Assembly: GCA_041739995.1 (NCBI GenBank)
Contig: JBGSMV010000072.1
Span: forward strand, 1 to 34,598
Direction: 5' to 3'
Origin: Bdellovibrionota bacterium
GTDB taxonomy: Bacteria > Bdellovibrionota_C > UBA2361 > JBGSMV01
DNA length: 34,598 nucleotides
The notes beneath the pieces are model-generated. The model searched no databases and had not been told where the DNA came from. It saw nothing but the letters and a program-made list of their open reading frames with translations. A program made the translations under genes and the position numbers. The first letter of the stretch is position 1; every line of letters begins with the position of its first letter. Below, one piece after another: positions 21,905 to 31,390 of this stretch.

Positions 21905-22486
21905 ATGACGGAAGAAAAAAAACCCAACCAAGATGAGTTACTCGACAGTAACTACGATGGGATTGAGGAGTACGACAATGATCTCCCACGTTGGTGGGTC
22001 TGGTTGTTTTATCTTACTATTTTCATGGCGCCTGTATATGTGTGGTATTTTCATTTCGGACCAGGGATGCTTCCGCATGCCCAGCTTGAGGCCGATATGC
22101 AAGAGCTGGCTCAGATTCGAGCTAACTTCGCTGGCGAAATGAATGAGGCCAGCGGAGCCGATACTCAAGCTGCGCTGCTTACATTCATTGCCGATCAGGG
22201 AAACATAGCAGCCGGCGCGAAACTATTTGCTGAAAAATGTATGCCGTGCCACGGCGTCAAGGGAGAAGGGGTGATCGGGCCGAATCTTACCGATAGTAAT
22301 TGGATTCACGGAGGATCCCCAGCAGAGATTCAGCATGTTATTCGAGAGGGAGTTCCGGCCAAAGGAATGATCGCATGGAAGGAGATGATGAAGCGCGAAG
22401 AGATCGATCAGACTGTGGCATTCATTTGGTCCATTCGCAATACGAACGTTCCTGGCAAGGCACCAGAAGGTGAACCGGTGACGTAG
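21905..22486 (+). CDS. ccoP: cbb3-type oxidase subunit III CcoP (single heme motif)
   Basis: YDGIEEYDNDLPRWW, one CMPCH, GPNLTD..WIHGG and KGMIAW. Confidence 0.93.
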   Translation: MTEEKKPNQDELLDSNYDGIEEYDNDLPRWWVWLFYLTIFMAPVYVWYFHFGPGMLPHAQLEADMQELAQIRANFAGEMNEASGADTQAALLTFIADQGNIAAGAKLFAEKCMPCHGVKGEGVIGPNLTDSNWIHGGSPAEIQHVIREGVPAKGMIAWKEMMKREEIDQTVAFIWSIRNTNVPGKAPEGEPVT

Positions 22487-22499
22487 GAAAGATTTTATC

Positions 22500-24050
22500 A
22501 TGTCGGATGAAGGTTCTTCAGATTGCGCGTCTCCAGCGGGTTGTTGTGGCAATCCAGATTGCAAAGATAAAAGAAAGTCGCCGCTGCCCGCAGACGCACA
22601 TGCTGTGGTCGCCAGTCCAAAGGGAAAGCGCTCGAATGAGACCGCCCCCGAACTCGACTTTCGGGAGCAACTCTACACCCTAACCAAAGACGGTCGGCGC
22701 AAATGGGTGTATGCGGCTCTGGTCAAGGGAGCGATCTTCAATCGTCGAATAGTCGTCGTGACTATGCTTCTGGTAATATACCTCGGGCTCCCTTGGCTTA
22801 CTATTGGAGGTGAGCAGGCGGTAATGCTCAATATTGAATCCCGGAAGTTCGCATTTTTCGGCACGGTCTTTTATCCCACTGATACTGCCCTCTTGTTCGT
22901 TATATTAGCGAGTCTTGGACTTACCCTGTTTCTTGCCTCAGCCTTGCTGGGACGTATGTGGTGCGGATGGGCTTGCCCTCAGACTGTTTTCCTTGAGTTC
23001 GTATTTCGTCCCTTGGAGCGCTTGATCGAAGGCGGCCCCGCACAACGTCTGCGATTGGATCAACATCCTTATTCGAATGAGTGGTTTCTTAAGAAGGGGC
23101 TTAAGTGGATCGGCTTTGTCCTTATCGCCTGGATACTCGCGAGTACCGCGCTCGCATACTTTTGGGGGCGCGAAAATCTAATTGGGATGATGTCGCGCGC
23201 CCCGAGTGACAATTTTCTTCCGTTCGTTTTAACCCTTAGCTTCATGACCCTCGTACTGTTCGAGTTTGGATGGTTTCGAGAGCAATTTTGTACCTTGGTA
23301 TGTCCCTACGCGCGATTCCAGTCAGTTTTGATTGACCAGGATTCCTTGATTGTGGGCTATGATCCCGTTCGAGGCGAGCCGCGCGGAAAGCCGGGAAAGG
23401 TAGAGGGTGACTGCGTCGATTGCGGACTGTGCGTACGAGTGTGTCCAACTGGAATCGATATTAGAAACGGTCTGCAACTTGAGTGCGTGCAGTGCGCGGC
23501 TTGCATCGATGCCTGTGATTCGATCATGGTGAAAGTTGGGCGCGCACCCGGGTTAATTCGCTACGATAGCGAGAAGAATCTGCTACGACGCGAAGGGACG
23601 CGTTGGTTTCGTCCGCGAGTGTTCTTGTATTCTGCCTTGCTGCTTGCGCTGGGCGTTGCTTTTTTTTCGTTGTTAGCGACTCGTTCGCTCATTGATTTTA
23701 AAGTTGTGCGTGGTGGTGCCGATGTACCTTTTACGGTCTTAGCGGACGGTAGAGTGACCAATCATCTGCACGCACGCATTGGGAACAAGGGAAATCGGAT
23801 CGAGGCCTATGAGGTGCGGCTAGTGGGCTTTCCTCAAGGCACTCTCGTGGTGCCGCAGAGCCCTTTCCCGGTAGGACCTGGGGAGCAAAAGACGTTGCCG
23901 TTGTTTGTTACTTTTCCACGAGAGGTGCTCCCTAGTGGTCTTGGTAATGCAGGAATTGAGCTCGTTGCACCAGACGGAAGAACGTCGACGTCACTGATTA
24001 CGTTAATCGGTCCGCAGGGCAACATAGCAGATGCGGAGTCAAATCCGTGA
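22500..24050 (+). CDS. ccoG: cytochrome c oxidase accessory 4Fe-4S protein CcoG/FixG
   Basis: GRMWCGWACPQTVF, CPYARFQS, CVDCGLCVRVCPTGIDIRNGLQLECVQCAACIDAC. Confidence 0.95.
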   Translation: MSDEGSSDCASPAGCCGNPDCKDKRKSPLPADAHAVVASPKGKRSNETAPELDFREQLYTLTKDGRRKWVYAALVKGAIFNRRIVVVTMLLVIYLGLPWLTIGGEQAVMLNIESRKFAFFGTVFYPTDTALLFVILASLGLTLFLASALLGRMWCGWACPQTVFLEFVFRPLERLIEGGPAQRLRLDQHPYSNEWFLKKGLKWIGFVLIAWILASTALAYFWGRENLIGMMSRAPSDNFLPFVLTLSFMTLVLFEFGWFREQFCTLVCPYARFQSVLIDQDSLIVGYDPVRGEPRGKPGKVEGDCVDCGLCVRVCPTGIDIRNGLQLECVQCAACIDACDSIMVKVGRAPGLIRYDSEKNLLRREGTRWFRPRVFLYSALLLALGVAFFSLLATRSLIDFKVVRGGADVPFTVLADGRVTNHLHARIGNKGNRIEAYEVRLVGFPQGTLVVPQSPFPVGPGEQKTLPLFVTFPREVLPSGLGNAGIELVAPDGRTSTSLITLIGPQGNIADAESNP

Positions 24051-24571
24051 GCGACGGTGGGGGACAGATGTCTGGAGCAGGGGAGGTTGCGGTGAGCAGG
24101 CAAGCGCGTGTTGAGTTCTCCCCGTGGCCCTACGGCATCATGATTTTCTTCGTACTTCTGTTTGCTGGCGGCATTGCGTTGTACCTTGTTGCAGTTTCTG
24201 GCCCGTCAAAATGGCTCGAAGGCAATCCGTATGAAGATGGCATGCGATATCAGCAAGTCATTGAACAAGAGCAGCGCTTTCTCGCGCTTGGTTGGCTGGC
24301 ACAGACTGAAACATCTTCCGATGGTGCTCTCGTAGTGTCTCTGAGTGCACCAGACAATCAACCAGTCACCGGACGGGCGTTGTCCGTTTACCTCATGCGT
24401 CCCGGCGACAGCACTCTCGATCGGCGGCTGGTGATGACAGAGGACTCGAGTTTGAATGGCAGATATTTTGACCCTCACCACATTCCGCTGGCATCGGGCC
24501 TTTGGATCGTTGATTTGCAGATCCTTACAGACCAGGGCATGGCCCGTTCCAGGGCTCGTTTCGTCCGGTGA
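24047..24571 (+). CDS. fixH: FixH/CcoH family protein
   Basis: WP+TM segment, YEDGMRYQQ, RP.DSTLD and G.W motifs. GTG overlaps the ccoG stop. Confidence 0.8.
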   Translation: MSDGGGQMSGAGEVAVSRQARVEFSPWPYGIMIFFVLLFAGGIALYLVAVSGPSKWLEGNPYEDGMRYQQVIEQEQRFLALGWLAQTETSSDGALVVSLSAPDNQPVTGRALSVYLMRPGDSTLDRRLVMTEDSSLNGRYFDPHHIPLASGLWIVDLQILTDQGMARSRARFVR

Positions 24572-24671
24572 CCCAGAACCCCTATAGCGCCTCCTACTCT
24601 TTAGAAAACCAGAACTAGAAAACTGGTTTCCTTAATAGGGGTCTCAGGGTACTCTTTCCCGTATTAGGACT

Positions 24672-24757
24672 TCTGTGTCCCTCTGTGTCCCTCTGTGCTC
24701 CTCTGTGGTGAGTCCTCCTTTTTGATTCACCACGGAGGTTCACAGAGGTACACAGAG
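24672..24757. repeat. inverted repeat of tandem 10-bp CTCTGTG-containing units directly upstream of the recombinase
   Basis: Four units at 24672-24711 (ctctgtgtcc-like, ending ctctgtggtga) face 24727-24757 (tcaccacggaggttcacagaggtacacagag), giving a long potential hairpin. Confidence 0.85.
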
Positions 24758-24777
24758 AAATTCTTGGAGCGTCTCTC

Positions 24778-25878
24778 GTGGCACGGAATGTCGAGAAGAA
24801 TTCCCCTTCTGTAATTGCACGCGAATCTTTCGCCGATTCTTCTCACGAGGTCTGGCTGCGCATCACCGCCTTTCTTTCTCTCAAAGCACCACTTACTCAA
24901 GAAACTTACAAAGGCGTCCTGACCGAATGGTGCAAGTTCCTTAAAACTGAGCCCGGCACTCCGGAATCTGCCGCTGCCATGGTAAAGGCCAAAGACCTGC
25001 ACGCCATTGCGTTCCGCAGCTACCTCGACAAACGGCCCGGCGAGCGTCCCAGAAACCAGTCGAGTACCTCTAAGAGTGACGCTATTGATGTCCGCCGCGG
25101 CTTACGTAAAGAGAAACGCACCGGACTCGAGTCGACGCAGTCGAACGCAACTATCGCCAAGAAGTTCGCCGTTCTTAGACGTATATATCGGGTCTTAATG
25201 GCTGCGAATTTAGGAATCATTCAAAATCCTTTTGATAGCGATCTTGTACCGCCACCACCAAAGGAATCAGGCCGAAAGCGTCCCACGAAGATGCTTGATT
25301 TCTCGGTAGTGAAAAAAGTAATTGCACAGAGCGATGATTCAACACCCAAAGGTTTACGCGACAAAGCAATTCTGTGCGCGTTGTTCGGCGGCGCGCTGCG
25401 CCGTGGCGAAGTTATTTCGCTGCGTGTTGGTGACGTACAAAGAACCCCTTCTGGAACATCGTTCTTTTATCTGCGCGCAACCAAAGCAAAGCGTGATGCG
25501 CAGCAAGCATTACCGAAATGGGCCGCGGAAGTTATCGAGCGTCTCGTGAAGCAGCGTGTCAAAGAGGGTGCCCTTGCCGGTGACAGATTGTTCGTGAGCT
25601 ATACCGGCCGCGGTGGAAAAGTCGCGACCAAGTCCCCTATTTCTCCTTCTGGTATTTACTCGCTCTTTCGCCGCGTGTGCGACGCAGCCGGCGCCGGCGA
25701 GCATCTATCCCCCCACTCCGCTCGTGCAACTGCGATTACCAGGCTGTTAGCCGAAGGTGTGCCGCATAGAGAAGTGCAGGAGTTCTCCAGGCACTCGAGT
25801 ATTCAGATGGTTGAGCTTTATGATAAGCGCAGGATTGGGGTGGATGAGAATGTTGGACGGGGGTTGGATTACGATTGA
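24778..25878 (+). CDS. tyrosine recombinase/integrase (XerC/D-like)
   Basis: Full catalytic set: R (GALRRGEV), K (ATKAK), HxxR (PHSARAT), H (SRHSS) and Y (VELYD). N-terminal core-binding domain ends ATIAKKFAVLRRIY. Confidence 0.93.
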   Translation: MARNVEKNSPSVIARESFADSSHEVWLRITAFLSLKAPLTQETYKGVLTEWCKFLKTEPGTPESAAAMVKAKDLHAIAFRSYLDKRPGERPRNQSSTSKSDAIDVRRGLRKEKRTGLESTQSNATIAKKFAVLRRIYRVLMAANLGIIQNPFDSDLVPPPPKESGRKRPTKMLDFSVVKKVIAQSDDSTPKGLRDKAILCALFGGALRRGEVISLRVGDVQRTPSGTSFFYLRATKAKRDAQQALPKWAAEVIERLVKQRVKEGALAGDRLFVSYTGRGGKVATKSPISPSGIYSLFRRVCDAAGAGEHLSPHSARATAITRLLAEGVPHREVQEFSRHSSIQMVELYDKRRIGVDENVGRGLDYD

Positions 25879-25913
25879 CCTTCAATCGTCAGATCTGATT
25901 TAGCCTAGGGCAA

Positions 25914-26216
25914 TCAAGCTACAGCGGTCTCGGCAGGTTCGATCTTCTTCAAGATTGGCTCAATTTTTCGCTCTGCAATTCTAAGATCGTACTCTTGCTG
26001 TAGGTTAAGCCACACCTTAGGGCCGGTTTTAAGATACACACCAAGGCGCAGGGCTGTGTCAGGGGTAATAGCTCTCTTTCCCTGCACGATGCTATTGATG
26101 CGACGCACGTCTACGCCTATCGCGATGCTCAATCGATTTTGACTGATGCCGAGGGGAGCCATGAAATCCTCACGAAGAATAAACCCCGGATGAATTGGTT
26201 TTAACTTCCCTTTCAT
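25914..26216 (-). CDS. higA: HigA family addiction-module antitoxin (HTH)
   Basis: PIHPGFILREDFM, RINSIVQGKRAITPDTALRL and WLNLQ..YDL. Confidence 0.92.
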   Translation of the reverse strand: MKGKLKPIHPGFILREDFMAPLGISQNRLSIAIGVDVRRINSIVQGKRAITPDTALRLGVYLKTGPKVWLNLQQEYDLRIAERKIEPILKKIEPAETAVA

Positions 26217-26225
26217 AGCGCCTCA

Positions 26226-26504
26226 CTAATGATAATCAACAATCTCAACATCGTAAGCGTCGCCATTCATCCACTTGAAGCAGATGCGCCATTGCTGGTT
26301 GATGCGAAAACTAAACTGTCCCTTCCTGTCACCCCGTAGCGCTTCAAGACGGCTACCTGGAAAAGCACCCACAACCTGTAACGACTCCGCTGCGTGCAGG
26401 TAAAGAAGTTTTTTCCTCGCCTGCTTCTCAATCGAGTGAAAACGAGCTACGCGCTTATCGCGAAAAAGTTTCTCTGTGTCTCTACAGAGGAAGGACCTGA
26501 TCAT
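26226..26504 (-). CDS. higB: HigB family RelE-like toxin
   Basis: MIRSF...TEKLF, RLEALRGDRKGQFSFRINQQWRICFKW and VEIVDYH. Toxin gene lies upstream of the antitoxin gene. Confidence 0.92.
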   Translation of the reverse strand: MIRSFLCRDTEKLFRDKRVARFHSIEKQARKKLLYLHAAESLQVVGAFPGSRLEALRGDRKGQFSFRINQQWRICFKWMNGDAYDVEIVDYH

Positions 26505-26743
26505 AAGAATATAGCATTATACGCTTAGCATCAAACGCAATAGTCGATATGCATTGATTTCAATGTGTTGTAGCGAATTATCGTAGTCTCATTTCGCGTG
26601 TGCCCGCTGCAGCTCGGCGTTCCACTAAGGGGCGCGTAAGTCGGCGACGAACGATTATCGGAGAGCTCGGCCGGAAAGTTTCCTGGGGATGGTACCCCAA
26701 TGCCAATTGCCCTACCCTCGGAGACCCTGGGGTCGGGAACAGA

Positions 26744-26768
26744 GTTGTTCAGTCGACAAAGTTAGCGG
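26744..26768 (+). repeat. repeat C, copy 1 (copy 2 at 31320-31344)
   Basis: gttgttcagtcgacaaagttagcgg vs gctattcagtcgacaaagctatcgg, 21/25 identical. Confidence 0.7.
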
Positions 26769-26783
26769 GGGGTCCCGCCATAT

Positions 26784-26854
26784 ATGAATATGATAACCTG
26801 ATGAACCTGATGAATTTATAGAATTATCAAAGTAGCCCGGCTCCATATCGTAAA
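26784..26854 (+). repeat. repeat B, copy 1 (copy 2 at 32461-32522)
   Basis: atgaatatgataacc...aaagtagcccggct..atcgtaaa. 53/62 identical to copy 2 after removing a 9-bp tandem duplication (cctgatgaa) in this copy. Confidence 0.85.
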
Positions 26855-26858
26855 AACG

Positions 26859-29800
26859 TCAGCGATACTCGCCACCGACCTTCGGCTCTTTCCCAATAAG
26901 CTGATCGAGTTGACCTCTTAAATTTTCGAGCTCAATAAACAATTTTCCTCTAGGGAACAGCCCCAGAGAGCCGGACTGCTTCGGTGTGTTCGGCGACCAA
27001 GCGTTTCCATCGTCCAGGCGAATGAGTATGAGCCCTCCCCTTTCTCCCAACGCTTGAACTGAAGCGCTCGCGAAACCGACCGGAGTAATGCGCTTTATGA
27101 ATGTCCGGGCTTTCATAATCTCGGCATCAATTTCCTGAATGCGTGCGCGAAGTTCTTCTTCTGTGGCTACGTCCCGCAGGACATCTTGAGCGACCGGTAA
27201 GACAAACGGAGCAACCGACCCCTGCTCACCACTCCACGAAAGCGTGCCTTGCTCGACAAGCTTTGAACCGGAGAGTGCATTCAACTCGAGGCCTGTCTGT
27301 ACTCCCTCGGCGAATAAGTTGAGATTCATCAGAGTCGCACGGAGGTTTACGGAATCTACCTGAGGCCCTTGTTGAGTTTGGCCATTTGATCTTTCACCCG
27401 CAAACGCTGCTCTTAACTCTCGAATCGCCTCCGCCGGTGCATTGCCTCGCAACTCATCAAGAATTTTAGGATTAACCACCAGAGCCCGTGCAAGCTGGGT
27501 CATTCTTTCCCCATAGTGGCGCGGATAAAGGTCAGCCAAAATCGATTTTTCCAAAAAGAAGTCTTGGAGCGGAATTGTCTTTGCCAACCTCCTATATTGA
27601 TCCCCAGAGTTCTTGCGCGCCTCTAAAATAACTTTATCGTCGACTACTTTGTATGCGCCAGAAACGGTGGCTTCCCGTGCACCCTCTTCCGCTGTCCACG
27701 ACTCATTGAGCAAGGTATTCAGCAACGTCGGAATGTCCGTACCTTTCCAGGCGGCATTGAAATGGGCTGGAGAGCGAAGTCCTCCGGGGTGGCGATCATA
27801 ATCGTAGCTCCAGTAGGGTGGAACCCAGTTGCCAGTCGAAGGCCCCCTGCCCCAGAGGCCATCCTTCTTGTAGCTCTCCAAATCCAAGCATGGAAATGTC
27901 GAATAGTTCGAAACGTACGCACTCCCATTTGCAAACTCTGGAGCCGCGGCTCCATCGGGAAGAAATCTGCCCTCATCAAACGAACGGCGGTAAAGCGGAA
28001 TCGTCTCAGGGAGCAGTTTCGCCAACGCTCCCGTAGGATCGAGTTCATTCAGACGGTTCTGATCAATAACAATCGAGACGTTCGTGGTGAGTACGAGATG
28101 TCGCCCTTTAAAATTGGCGTTAAACATCTTGCCGTCCGCCGACATCGATGCGGAAATGTGAGCCACTCCCATCGCAAGCAACGACTTCGCTTCGTTTGGA
28201 ATACGATCGGCTTCGATTTGAATATCTGCGCGTGTTCTCTGATCACCATGAGAGACGACGGGAGAGTTTATCTCGGTTGGAGCCATATGGTGCGAAGCGA
28301 GCAAGTCAATCGCCTCAGCCTCATGCCCAGGCTGCACCGGCGCAGATAAGGGGTGCTCTTCGCGCGTAAGGGCGGCCTCGAGGTGGGCTTTAATGCGTGC
28401 CCACGAAGTTTCATAGGCCGCGAGACTCACCTCAGCTAAAGCCGGCGTGCGGACATAGTCTTCCGTGAGTAGAATAGAATCGATTATGGGAAGAATGGGC
28501 TCAAGGTCCTCCGTGTTCAGCATCATCCTGTCCGGACTTCCTCTCAGCAGCGCGACCAGAGCTGAGCCGGCGTCAAGAACTTCTTGTGGATTGTGTAAGT
28601 TGGCAGGGAGGCCGCTAATCCAATTTACGTGCGCTTCAGGAGGCGGGGCTAGTATTAAGCTCAAGCCTTTCGGGCCAAGCAGATCGGACAGAGAACCAAA
28701 CCGCTCTACGATCAGTCGATCGTCCCACGGCCCCTGCGATCGCCCTCCGTACTGGATAACATCTTCGACATTGAACCCACTCCCACTGAAGAAGCCTCTC
28801 CCGGAATACTCAACCACGTGGTCAATCAGATCAGATCTGAGTTTTTCGTAGCTTTCAAGCGGAACTAAGTTGCCAGTACCGGGATCAATCGTTCGATCAT
28901 TGAAACTGAGGCGAAGAGCGGTTCGATAGTCAGGCAAGTTGAGCCCCGCCTCGGCGGCGAGTACCGGCAGTTCAAGTACCGAGCTTCTACGTTCGAGTCG
29001 CTCAAATCGATTTCGAAAGCGCGCCTGTTCGACGATTTCGCGATATAGGTCCACATGTATTCTATGGATACGAACATCGAGCGCGCCAAGGTCACGATTG
29101 ATACCCGCTCGCAGATCGTTGAGATTGTCTTTGAGCGCTTCGAATTCATTGTCAATGTTGCCCGCGAGTTCTTCCACTTGGCGGCTGACCATTCGAATCA
29201 AATCCGCATTCTGAGTGATGGCCTGCAGGATAATTTTCTGATTTGCAATGATTGTTCCTTGGCGCTGATAAATGAGTTCCTCAATGCTTGGCCCATGATC
29301 GCCGCCTCCGAAAATCGACGAGAAAATGTTTGCTACCCCTGAAGCAATCCCGCCGATTCCGGTGAAGTCACCACCGCATACTCGAGCTATTCCGAACGCG
29401 AGATTGGCCCCACCCTCTAATCCAAGCGCGACTCGGTCTATGGTTCGGGCAGTGTCAGGATCGAAGTAGCCAACAATTTGGGCCACTGCGCTCGCCGTTT
29501 GTGCCGAGGTTTCCAAAGTTTTCCCGGCTGTTTCGGCATAGGCTGCAAAATCCTTCGCGGATATCTCACCTCTCTCAAGTTCGCGCCCCTTCTTAACGAG
29601 CTCTTCTTGGGTCGCGCCTGACCTAGCGGTGACAATCGCCAGAAGACGTTCAGTCTGCTCGGGAGTGAGGTAAATCTCGACCTGATTTTCGACACCGCCT
29701 GCCTCACCGGATGCGGTTTTCTCTTCAGGAGAGATTCCAGAGCTCGGGGAGTCTGAAGTTGGAGACGGGTTCCCCACGAGTCGCATTATTCGCTCCACCG

Positions 29801-31073
29801 CTGATGCCGTCTTTAGTGCGGTGTCAGGGTCCTGAGTTTCCAATTGGTGGAGGAGTTCGTCAGTGGCGGCGGTCAGCGCGGCCTGCTTATTCAGAGTGCT
29901 TTCTCCCGACGCGATATTGCGCGAGTACTCGAGTAGCCGCTCGCGCAGCGCCTTCAACTCAGGCGTCCGCAGGACGCTCAAATCCTTCCGGATTTGCTCT
30001 GCTTCATTAGCCAGCCGCGTGTTAGATGTTTGGTTAACGGGCTGCGCAAGTTGAGCCATTAGCTCCTGCGCATCAGCAGAAACTGCTTGGATGTACCGAT
30101 CAAAACCATGCTCCTCAAGCGCGAGCTTGCTCCAATCAATCGGCTCCTCGAAAGAAAGTTTTGCAACGGGATCGCCCGGATTTCGGTTGGTGATAACACG
30201 CACTCCATTCGCGAATCGGTCGGTTGGCATGGGCGATCCAGCGGTAAGCACCGCGATGTTGGCGAGATATGTACTTGCTTGAACTCTAGTGATTTCGCCC
30301 TTCTTAACTCGATCGTTCAGCTCCTCCTGATATCGCCTAGTGGCATCTGCTGCATTGATTGCACCCTGACTGTGCCCTAGGAGAAGAAACGTCTTCCCAT
30401 TTTCAACGGTGCCCTTCATGAGCAGCAGCAACGTGTCAGTGGCGCGTTCGCTGTTGAATCTTGGTGAAACAAATCGACCGCCGGAGGCATCGAATAGATC
30501 CTCGAAAATACCGGTAGTCGAGTCCGCTCCATCGAATGCACGACCGACAAACCCTCCCATTCGTTCTCGCAAGCTGGTGGCGGGATCGATAGGAAGTAGT
30601 CCCGGGGTCGGAAACACTGGCCCCAAGAAATCTTCAATCGGGCCCTTAAGATTACGCCGTGTCCAGTCTTGGTTACGTCCCACCCCGGACTCATTGTATA
30701 CGGGGATTATCGGCAGCCGTATTCGATCCGCGAGCTGTTGGGACGTCGAATTCAGAATATCGAGCGGGGTGTTGATGCCGTTCGTATATGCGGCAGTAAC
30801 TCGTTCGTGCAGTGGCGCCAGCACACGAGGTTGATAAGGAACTCCCGCGTTCCCATCCACAAGTAATGAATTGAGGAGCTGCCGGTTTAAGCGTTCATCA
30901 TTTTCAACCCACTCTCCAAAACGCCCAGGAGCGTCTGGTTGCGGCCCAACAGCTGGCACTGGCGGAAGAGAGGCTTCCTGCCCCTGAACGGATGGCAGGC
31001 TTCCAAACCCGACGGCAAGACTTGCGGTAAGTAATTGGGTTTTCGTAGCTAGCGAGCGCATACACAACTCCAT
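26859..31073 (-). CDS. large secreted protein: alpha/beta-hydrolase domain plus toxin-like hydrophobic hairpin and coiled coil
   Basis: Signal-peptide-like N-terminus (start may be 31061). GHSQG at 30363-30377, then TAGSP, GDPV and EHGF. A Gly-rich hydrophobic stretch (GANLAFGIARVCGGDFTGIGGIASGVANIFSSIFGG) is followed by heptads. Confidence 0.7.
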   Translation of the reverse strand: MELCMRSLATKTQLLTASLAVGFGSLPSVQGQEASLPPVPAVGPQPDAPGRFGEWVENDERLNRQLLNSLLVDGNAGVPYQPRVLAPLHERVTAAYTNGINTPLDILNSTSQQLADRIRLPIIPVYNESGVGRNQDWTRRNLKGPIEDFLGPVFPTPGLLPIDPATSLRERMGGFVGRAFDGADSTTGIFEDLFDASGGRFVSPRFNSERATDTLLLLMKGTVENGKTFLLLGHSQGAINAADATRRYQEELNDRVKKGEITRVQASTYLANIAVLTAGSPMPTDRFANGVRVITNRNPGDPVAKLSFEEPIDWSKLALEEHGFDRYIQAVSADAQELMAQLAQPVNQTSNTRLANEAEQIRKDLSVLRTPELKALRERLLEYSRNIASGESTLNKQAALTAATDELLHQLETQDPDTALKTASAVERIMRLVGNPSPTSDSPSSGISPEEKTASGEAGGVENQVEIYLTPEQTERLLAIVTARSGATQEELVKKGRELERGEISAKDFAAYAETAGKTLETSAQTASAVAQIVGYFDPDTARTIDRVALGLEGGANLAFGIARVCGGDFTGIGGIASGVANIFSSIFGGGDHGPSIEELIYQRQGTIIANQKIILQAITQNADLIRMVSRQVEELAGNIDNEFEALKDNLNDLRAGINRDLGALDVRIHRIHVDLYREIVEQARFRNRFERLERRSSVLELPVLAAEAGLNLPDYRTALRLSFNDRTIDPGTGNLVPLESYEKLRSDLIDHVVEYSGRGFFSGSGFNVEDVIQYGGRSQGPWDDRLIVERFGSLSDLLGPKGLSLILAPPPEAHVNWISGLPANLHNPQEVLDAGSALVALLRGSPDRMMLNTEDLEPILPIIDSILLTEDYVRTPALAEVSLAAYETSWARIKAHLEAALTREEHPLSAPVQPGHEAEAIDLLASHHMAPTEINSPVVSHGDQRTRADIQIEADRIPNEAKSLLAMGVAHISASMSADGKMFNANFKGRHLVLTTNVSIVIDQNRLNELDPTGALAKLLPETIPLYRRSFDEGRFLPDGAAAPEFANGSAYVSNYSTFPCLDLESYKKDGLWGRGPSTGNWVPPYWSYDYDRHPGGLRSPAHFNAAWKGTDIPTLLNTLLNESWTAEEGAREATVSGAYKVVDDKVILEARKNSGDQYRRLAKTIPLQDFFLEKSILADLYPRHYGERMTQLARALVVNPKILDELRGNAPAEAIRELRAAFAGERSNGQTQQGPQVDSVNLRATLMNLNLFAEGVQTGLELNALSGSKLVEQGTLSWSGEQGSVAPFVLPVAQDVLRDVATEEELRARIQEIDAEIMKARTFIKRITPVGFASASVQALGERGGLILIRLDDGNAWSPNTPKQSGSLGLFPRGKLFIELENLRGQLDQLIGKEPKVGGEYR

Positions 31074-31283
31074 CTTCTAGCGGTAAAGCCGATCGAGAGT
31101 TTTATATACTCTGACCGGATTTGGAATGGCATCGCAGAGTCGCGAAGAAAGTCAATGAGTTAAGGGTGACAGGGTGAGTACTGCCCGGGCTTCTCCGTAG
31201 AGACCAACGCCACTTAGTAAGTTGCTAAGTGATTGCGTGCGCTCTACCTGCGCTATACCAACTGCATCAAAACCGCCCTGCTC

Positions 31284-31383
31284 CTTCGGAAATGTTGGCA
31301 TGTACCAATGAGGAGCCAGGCTATTCAGTCGACAAAGCTATCGGTGTGCCCTCTTTCGGGAATGTTGACATGTACCAATGAGG
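31284..31383 (+). repeat. repeat A copies 1 and 2 (30-bp site) around a 40-bp spacer
   Basis: 31284-31313 is CTTCGGAAATGTTGGCATGTACCAATGAGG. 31354-31383 is tTTCGGgAATGTTGaCATGTACCAATGAGG and ends 7 bp from the mrr stop codon. Confidence 0.95.
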
Positions 31384-31390
31384 TCCGTCT

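Noticed and set aside
26689..26707. Possible inverted degenerate copy of A (atggtaccccaatgccaat)
   Set aside because: Needs a 4-bp insertion and the flanks do not match, so it could be chance.
31284..31313. Repeat A as canonical dif or a tRNA/tmRNA 3' end
   Set aside because: No TTATGTTAAAT-like XerD arm and no T-loop/acceptor-stem pattern. Only the 11-6-11 geometry is dif-like.
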